Shown here piece after piece: positions 27,073 to 32,000 of a stretch of 32,000 nucleotides of DNA. The notes under the pieces were generated by a model, which was not told the DNA's origin, ran no database searches, and saw only the letters and a list, made by a program, of their open reading frames with translations. Made by a program: the position numbers and the translations under genes. Numbering within the stretch: the stretch's first letter is position 1; each line of letters opens with the position of its first letter. The DNA lies in NCBI RefSeq assembly GCF_000299365.1, contig NC_018655.1:570001-602000 (forward strand), in the 5' to 3' direction. The DNA is from Candidatus Nitrosopumilus koreensis AR1 (lineage in GTDB: Archaea > Thermoproteota > Nitrososphaeria > Nitrososphaerales > Nitrosopumilaceae).

Positions 27073-27891
27073 TTATCTTTCTAACTCTTTGATTTTCTCA
27101 GCTGCAATTTCAGCTGCTCTTTTTCCAGAATACAACATTGAACCAAATGTAGGGCCCATTCTTGCCAAACCATGAGTTTCTGTGACTGACATTCCTGCTG
27201 CAATAAGTCCTGGATATACTTCTCCTGTCTTGTGAACAACATGCTCTTCTCCGTCGTTTACAAACATTGGTTGCATTCCTTTCCATTCAGCTAAACCTCT
27301 ATCAACTAGTCTTTTCACTGCAACAGAATCATGACCTGATGCGTCAATGATTACTTTGGCTTCAAATGCAACTGGGTCCACACATGTAATGTTACGTGGT
27401 AATGCTGATACTGGCATCCAGTTAACAACAATTCCTGCAACTCTTCCGTTTTTTAGAACCAAGTCGTCAAATTTTGTTAATTGTAAAAATTTCACTCCTG
27501 CATCACAAGCTCCTGCAATTAATTTTGATACTGCGTGTGGACCAGGTGTCAAATACAATCCGTCTTTTACTTTTTTGTATGGCACTCCTAACTCGTCCCA
27601 AATTTTTTGTGCAGGTTCTCTTACGGTAACTGGATTCATCATATATCCTCCTAACCAATACCCTCCGCCCAGGTAGTTGTTTTGTTCAATAACTAAAACT
27701 TTGAATCCCAAGTTTGAAAGCTCTCTGCTTGCAGTAAGTCCTGCAGGGCCTGCACCGATAATTATTACATCTGATTCTGATCTGTCAATTAAGACCTCGT
27801 GGAATTCATTTGCTATAGCTTGTGTAATTTCAACTTCACGAACATCGGTAAATATTTTTGATGACTTTTCTGCTACAGTTGCTTCTTGCAT
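27073..27891 (-). CDS. thi4: Thiamine thiazole synthase Thi4 (ADP-thiazole synthase)
   Basis: SDVIIIGAGPAGLTASRELSNLGFKVLVIEQNNYLGGGYWLGGYMMN; NITCVDPVAFEAKVIIDASGHD; ETHGLARMGPTFGSMLYSGKRAAE. Confidence 0.92.
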   Translation of the reverse strand: MQEATVAEKSSKIFTDVREVEITQAIANEFHEVLIDRSESDVIIIGAGPAGLTASRELSNLGFKVLVIEQNNYLGGGYWLGGYMMNPVTVREPAQKIWDELGVPYKKVKDGLYLTPGPHAVSKLIAGACDAGVKFLQLTKFDDLVLKNGRVAGIVVNWMPVSALPRNITCVDPVAFEAKVIIDASGHDSVAVKRLVDRGLAEWKGMQPMFVNDGEEHVVHKTGEVYPGLIAAGMSVTETHGLARMGPTFGSMLYSGKRAAEIAAEKIKELER

Positions 27892-28048
27892 GAAAAAATT
27901 CTTGCCTAGAACCCATTAATACTTTCCCACATGTGTTAAAAATTAGGAGATACTAATTATACTCCATGAATTGATTTTTTCTTAAAAATACAGGAAATAT
28001 TGCGCTAGCCTTGAAAGTTTGAGTCCTAAAAACTCCATTTCTCAAAAA

Positions 28049-28056
28049 TTTATATC
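28049..28056 (+). promoter_or_regulatory. Candidate TATA box for the sulfite/nitrite reductase gene
   Basis: TTTATATC centred about 28 nt upstream of the TTG start at 28081, consistent with leaderless transcription. Confidence 0.45.
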
Positions 28057-28080
28057 ACAACTCAAAGGAATTTCCTTGTA

Positions 28081-29889
28081 TTGACAGTATCTGATCTTAA
28101 ACAATCTGCACCTGATTCATCTCAACCTAAAATTAATTGGGCAAGAATCGAAGAGGCAGATAATTTTGCAAAAACTGTAAAACTATTCCGTCAAGGAAAA
28201 TATGATGAAGATAGTTTCAGACGATTTAGACTTCAACATGGTGCCTATGGCACTCGTATGACTGGGGATTATGCAATGGTTAGAATTAAACTCCCTGCAG
28301 GCGAGATCTACCCTCACCAATTTGAAAAAATATCTCAGCTTAGTGAGCAATATTCTATTGGCAGCGCCCACTTTTCAACAAGAGAGAACATTCAACTACA
28401 TTGGGTGATCCTTGAGGATGTCTCAGAAATTTTCAGAGGGTTAGCCGAAGTTGGATTGACTTCAAGAGAAGCATGCGGAAATAGTGTCAGAAATGTAATG
28501 TGTAGTCCAATGGCTGGTGTGTGTAATGATGAAGAATTTGATTCTACACCTTACGCACTTGCTACTGCAAAATTCTTTTTAAGAAATCCAATGGCTCAGA
28601 ACCTTCCTCGTAAATTCAAATTCAATTTCACCTGTTGTGAGAAGCATGGGATGGTAAGAATGGTTGATGTTGGATTAATTCCTCAAATAAAAGAAATAGA
28701 TGGAACTCCTCAAAAAGGTTTCAAAATATTTCTTGGTGGTGGGTTAGGAAACAGATCATTTGTTGGACATCAATTAGAAGATTTTACTCCTGAAGAAGAA
28801 TTGCTTTACACATCAATTGCTGTATTGAGAATATTTGATAGGTTAGGTGATAGAAAAAATCTTGCCAGAAACAGAATGCGTTACCTTGTAAATGATATGG
28901 GTTGGGAAAAATTCCAAAACCTTGTACTAAAAGAAAGAGCTGTTGTAAAAGCTACTCAATCTATAGTTACACAACTTGATCTAGATAACACTCCTGATGC
29001 AATTAAACGACCAATTAGAATTAGTGATGAGAGTGGTAGTGGAACTCCTGATGGTTATGCCAGATGGCTGAAAACAAACACTGAAAAACAAAAACAATCT
29101 GATTATCGTACTGTATTTATCACTCTTGAGGCAGGAGATATCACTTCAAACCAACTAAGATCTTTGGCTGAAATTATTCGTGACTTTTCTTCAGAGGGTA
29201 AGGCTCGTGCGGGTTTTGTACAAAATGTTGCATTACGTTACGTGCATGAAGATGATTTACCACGTTTGTATTCTAAACTTCTTGAAGTTGGATTAGCAAA
29301 ATCAGGCGCTCTTACCATGACTTCTCCTATTGGATGTTCTGGTACAACTTCTTGTAATCTTGCACTAACAAATTCACATAGACTGGCAAAAGAAATTCAA
29401 AGAAAATTCTTGGAATTAAAACTTGATGAAGATGATGATCTTCGTGATTCATCTATCAAAATAAGTGGGTGTCCAAACTCTTGTGGTCAACATGGTATTG
29501 CAACAATTGGATTCTTTGGAGGTGGTGCACGTGTTGGAAAAGATATGTATGCAAACTATCAGATGTCTTTAGGTGGACGTTCTGATGGTGACACAATGTT
29601 GGGACAAATTTGTCACAGAATTCCTGCAAAAAGAGTAATCCCTGTAATTTTAAAGATTATTGAACTGTTTAAGGAAAACAAAAAACCTGATGACACTCTG
29701 AAATCTTGGATTCATAGAGTTGTAAATAACAGTGAAGATTCTGAAATCAAATCTGTTGCTGATATTAAAAAAGTAATTGATCCATTAACAATTCCTCCAA
29801 CAAAAGAAGAGGATCCTGATTTCTATCTTGATTATGGCAGCGATACTAGTTATCATACTAAAACTGGAAAGGGTGAATGTGCTGCTTGA
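28081..29889 (+). CDS. Siroheme/4Fe-4S ferredoxin-type sulfite or nitrite reductase
   Basis: Siroheme-4Fe4S ligands GCSGTTSCNLALTNS (Cx5C) and GCPNSCGQHG (Cx3C); HFSTRENIQLHWV; two-repeat architecture. TTG start. Confidence 0.9.
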   Translation: MTVSDLKQSAPDSSQPKINWARIEEADNFAKTVKLFRQGKYDEDSFRRFRLQHGAYGTRMTGDYAMVRIKLPAGEIYPHQFEKISQLSEQYSIGSAHFSTRENIQLHWVILEDVSEIFRGLAEVGLTSREACGNSVRNVMCSPMAGVCNDEEFDSTPYALATAKFFLRNPMAQNLPRKFKFNFTCCEKHGMVRMVDVGLIPQIKEIDGTPQKGFKIFLGGGLGNRSFVGHQLEDFTPEEELLYTSIAVLRIFDRLGDRKNLARNRMRYLVNDMGWEKFQNLVLKERAVVKATQSIVTQLDLDNTPDAIKRPIRISDESGSGTPDGYARWLKTNTEKQKQSDYRTVFITLEAGDITSNQLRSLAEIIRDFSSEGKARAGFVQNVALRYVHEDDLPRLYSKLLEVGLAKSGALTMTSPIGCSGTTSCNLALTNSHRLAKEIQRKFLELKLDEDDDLRDSSIKISGCPNSCGQHGIATIGFFGGGARVGKDMYANYQMSLGGRSDGDTMLGQICHRIPAKRVIPVILKIIELFKENKKPDDTLKSWIHRVVNNSEDSEIKSVADIKKVIDPLTIPPTKEEDPDFYLDYGSDTSYHTKTGKGECAA

Positions 29890-30683
29890 CAAAGTCGTAT
29901 AACATAACAACAGATGTAGACTCTTTACGTTCAGAAATCAGAGACAAAAGCGTTCGAGTAATTGATGTAAGACGTGAAGATGATTACAAAAAAGATCATA
30001 TCTCTACTGCTGTCAACTTGCCTTTGGCAAATCTTTTGTCTGATGATTCACCTGAACGTGTTTTAAAATTAGTAAATTCAATGGGAATTGATGATGAGAC
30101 TCGTGTTGTTGTTTATGATGATACTTTTGGTGCATTGGCATCTAGAGTTGCATGGACCTTAGAATATCTTGGACATTCAGACGTGAGTTTGCTTGAAACA
30201 ACTTACAGTCATTGGAAATCTCTTGGACTTGAAAACGACTCTCAAACCCCTGAAGTGCATAACAAGGAACACTCTTTGAACTTGCAGCCTGATATTTTGG
30301 CCACATCTGACTATTTGGACTCTGCAAAACAAAGAGATGATGTGATTCTAATTGATAATAGGGAAAGACTCAATTTCCTTGAACAACATATTCCTGGTGC
30401 AATTAGCCTTCCATACAGAACTCTTGCATCAAATGATAAAATTTTACGCTCAAAAGAAGACATGAAACGTTTACTTGATAATCGTGGTATAACTGGTGAT
30501 TCTGAAATTATTACATATTGTGGAAGTGTGGGTACTCTATCTGGATTGGCATATTATGCATTAAAAACTGCAGGATTGCCTAATGCCAAATTATATGTTC
30601 GTTCTTTTAAAGAATGGAAAAACCTTCAGAAACCTACTGAAAAACAAGAAGATGCAAATTATTGGGATTTATCTGCTGAATAA
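29877..30683 (+). CDS. Tandem rhodanese-domain sulfurtransferase; start ATG 29877 or TTG 29886
   Basis: SVRVIDVRREDDYKKDHISTAVNLPLANL; second domain active site ITYCGSVGTLSGLAYYAL; overlaps the sir/nir 3' end. Confidence 0.88.
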   Translation: MCCLTKSYNITTDVDSLRSEIRDKSVRVIDVRREDDYKKDHISTAVNLPLANLLSDDSPERVLKLVNSMGIDDETRVVVYDDTFGALASRVAWTLEYLGHSDVSLLETTYSHWKSLGLENDSQTPEVHNKEHSLNLQPDILATSDYLDSAKQRDDVILIDNRERLNFLEQHIPGAISLPYRTLASNDKILRSKEDMKRLLDNRGITGDSEIITYCGSVGTLSGLAYYALKTAGLPNAKLYVRSFKEWKNLQKPTEKQEDANYWDLSAE

Positions 30684-31805
30684 TTAAGAAATTTCGTTTC
30701 TAAGTTTTTTTGTAATTGTAACTTCTACATTATCAAATAACGTCAACATTTTTTCTTTGTTTTCAGCAATATAGTCGTCCCCTCTATCTTTTAATCTGAT
30801 TTTCCATAATCTTATTTCTCTGTGTTCATCAAAGAAGTTTTCAATCATAGGCTCTCCTGATTTTTTAGGATCAACAAACTCATCAAATATTTCAATTGCT
30901 TTTTCTGCATTTTCTTCTTCAATTGCTTCTTTTGCATCTTGGATTGCTTGACTTAGTTCTTTAAGATTTTTCACTGGTTTTGGCAATCTCTTTCGTGTGA
31001 TTCCAAACAATCCCTTCTTTTCTTTACCCATTTTTTCTGCAACATTTGGAGCAAGATCATAAACAGGAATTTTACTTAGACCGTCTCTTTTTTCATTTTG
31101 AACAATCAATCCCTTTTCTAATAATTTTCTCAATGCACCTTCTGCATCAGCTTTATCTAGAAATGTTGTCCATACAATTGAACCCAGTGTGTGGTATCCT
31201 TGTCTTATTGACTCTAAAACTACAACTTCTTGAATTCTTTTGAATCCTTCTTCAATTCTGACATTAACAAAATCTTTATCTCTGATTGATTTTCTTGCAT
31301 TCTTTACATCAATTTCGATTGAACGTTTCAATGCTTCTAGTGATTCTGGAACCTGATTGAGTAATGATAGAAAACATGCTTTGTTATACCAAGCCATTCC
31401 GTATGTTGGGTCTGTTTCAATTGCTTTCTCAACTGAATCCAGAGCTTTAGAATAATTTTTTTGTTCATAATGTACTAATCCTTTAAGATTCCATGCTTCG
31501 GGATTTGTAACATCGATATCTAGAATTTTATCATAAACTTTCAATGCTTCGTTATGATCATCAAGATGAAATCTTGCATATCCTAATTTCAATAATGTCT
31601 CTACATTGTCTGGATCTATTCTCAAAGCTTGTTCAAAGGCTACGATGGCTTCTTCGAGTTTTTCATCTGCCATCAAATTAACTCCTTTTTTAAATAATTT
31701 CTTGCGATTATAGTCGATATCAACTAGTGATGTCTCTTCTGTTTTTTCTTCTATCTTGAATTCTTCTTCTTTTTCCTTTGATTTTTTCCCAAACGGTTTT
31801 TTCAC
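30684..31805 (-). CDS. TPR protein with C-terminal winged-helix-like segment
   Basis: TPR repeats (AIVAFEQALRIDPDNVETLLKLGYARFHLDDHNEALKVYDKILDIDVTNPEAWNLKGLVHYEQKNYSKAL...), then IRQGYHTLGSIVWTTFLDKADAEGALRKLLEKGLIVQNEKRDGLSKIPVYDLAP. Confidence 0.75.
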   Translation of the reverse strand: MKKPFGKKSKEKEEEFKIEEKTEETSLVDIDYNRKKLFKKGVNLMADEKLEEAIVAFEQALRIDPDNVETLLKLGYARFHLDDHNEALKVYDKILDIDVTNPEAWNLKGLVHYEQKNYSKALDSVEKAIETDPTYGMAWYNKACFLSLLNQVPESLEALKRSIEIDVKNARKSIRDKDFVNVRIEEGFKRIQEVVVLESIRQGYHTLGSIVWTTFLDKADAEGALRKLLEKGLIVQNEKRDGLSKIPVYDLAPNVAEKMGKEKKGLFGITRKRLPKPVKNLKELSQAIQDAKEAIEEENAEKAIEIFDEFVDPKKSGEPMIENFFDEHREIRLWKIRLKDRGDDYIAENKEKMLTLFDNVEVTITKKLRNEIS

Positions 31806-31925
31806 TAGCTCAAAATGCGCTTTTATCTAGATAAATACTATCCTCTGCGAGCCTGAAAATAATCTAATTTGGAATCTAATCATGCGATCTAAATACAGAA
31901 ATACTTGAAGTATAAACAAACGATT

Positions 31926-32000
31926 GTGGCATCTCAGTCTAAATTAGAAATCCAAGGTCAGGCACCATTTAAACAGTCGGGTGTATATGAGGTTCAAATT
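31926..32000 (+). CDS. 5' end of an unidentified protein, truncated at the window edge
   Basis: Open frame from GTG 31926 (or TTG 31905): MASQSKLEIQGQAPFKQSGVYEVQI..., no stop to the end. Confidence 0.45.
   Translation, partial: MASQSKLEIQGQAPFKQSGVYEVQI

Noticed and set aside
27892-28080. Possible TPP riboswitch beside thi4
   Set aside because: I could not find the conserved CUGAGA/ACCUGA-type elements on the relevant strand. The region looks like two divergent promoters.
1-32000. CRISPR arrays, transposons, prophage, toxin-antitoxin or defence cassettes
   Set aside because: No regularly spaced repeats, terminal inverted repeats, transposase/integrase motifs, or recognisable Cas/TA proteins were seen. 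Content is housekeeping and metabolic.

Overview
The window is a dense, AT-rich archaeal chromosomal segment, most likely from an ammonia-oxidising Nitrososphaeria/Thaumarchaeota lineage (Nitrosopumilus/Nitrosarchaeum-like). That assignment is inferred from gene content, TTG/GTG starts and protein style. I found no rRNA or CRISPR array, and no convincing tRNA, transposase, integrase or phage gene; this looks like core genome. Gene content: FN3/DUF5667-like surface protein (5' truncated), Alba, LysE-type exporter, PAC2 protein, deoxyhypusine synthase, inositol-1-phosphate synthase, C-N hydrolase, SMC, orphan Opp/Dpp-type ABC ATPase, EgtD and EgtB, ProRS, SerB-like HAD phosphatase, CofE, PHP phosphoesterase, TusA, cysteine synthase, thioredoxin reductase, two CBS proteins, three UspA proteins, an HPF/RaiA-like protein, malate/lactate dehydrogenase, a DUF6775-like protein, Thi4, siroheme sulfite/nitrite reductase, tandem rhodanese and a TPR-wHTH protein. 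No obvious new defence or mobile system is visible. The best second looks are: (1) an HPF-like gene followed in frame, after a single TAG, by a UspA whose conserved first strand has no ATG/GTG/TTG start but has a Shine-Dalgarno-like GAGGT 7 nt before a CTG, inside a UspA/CBS/HPF stress neighbourhood; (2) an Alba gene whose plausible acidic/lysine-rich N-terminus lies in a different frame, ending at GTC-TAA and requiring a +1 shift; (3) 8 of 9 convergent gene pairs have stop codons overlapping by exactly 4 nt, abutting, or 1 nt apart; (4) an intergenic hairpin of about 13 bp at ~1996-2032; (5) Thi4 with a Cys at the expected sulfur-donor position. All conclusions are from reading the sequence; no searches were run.
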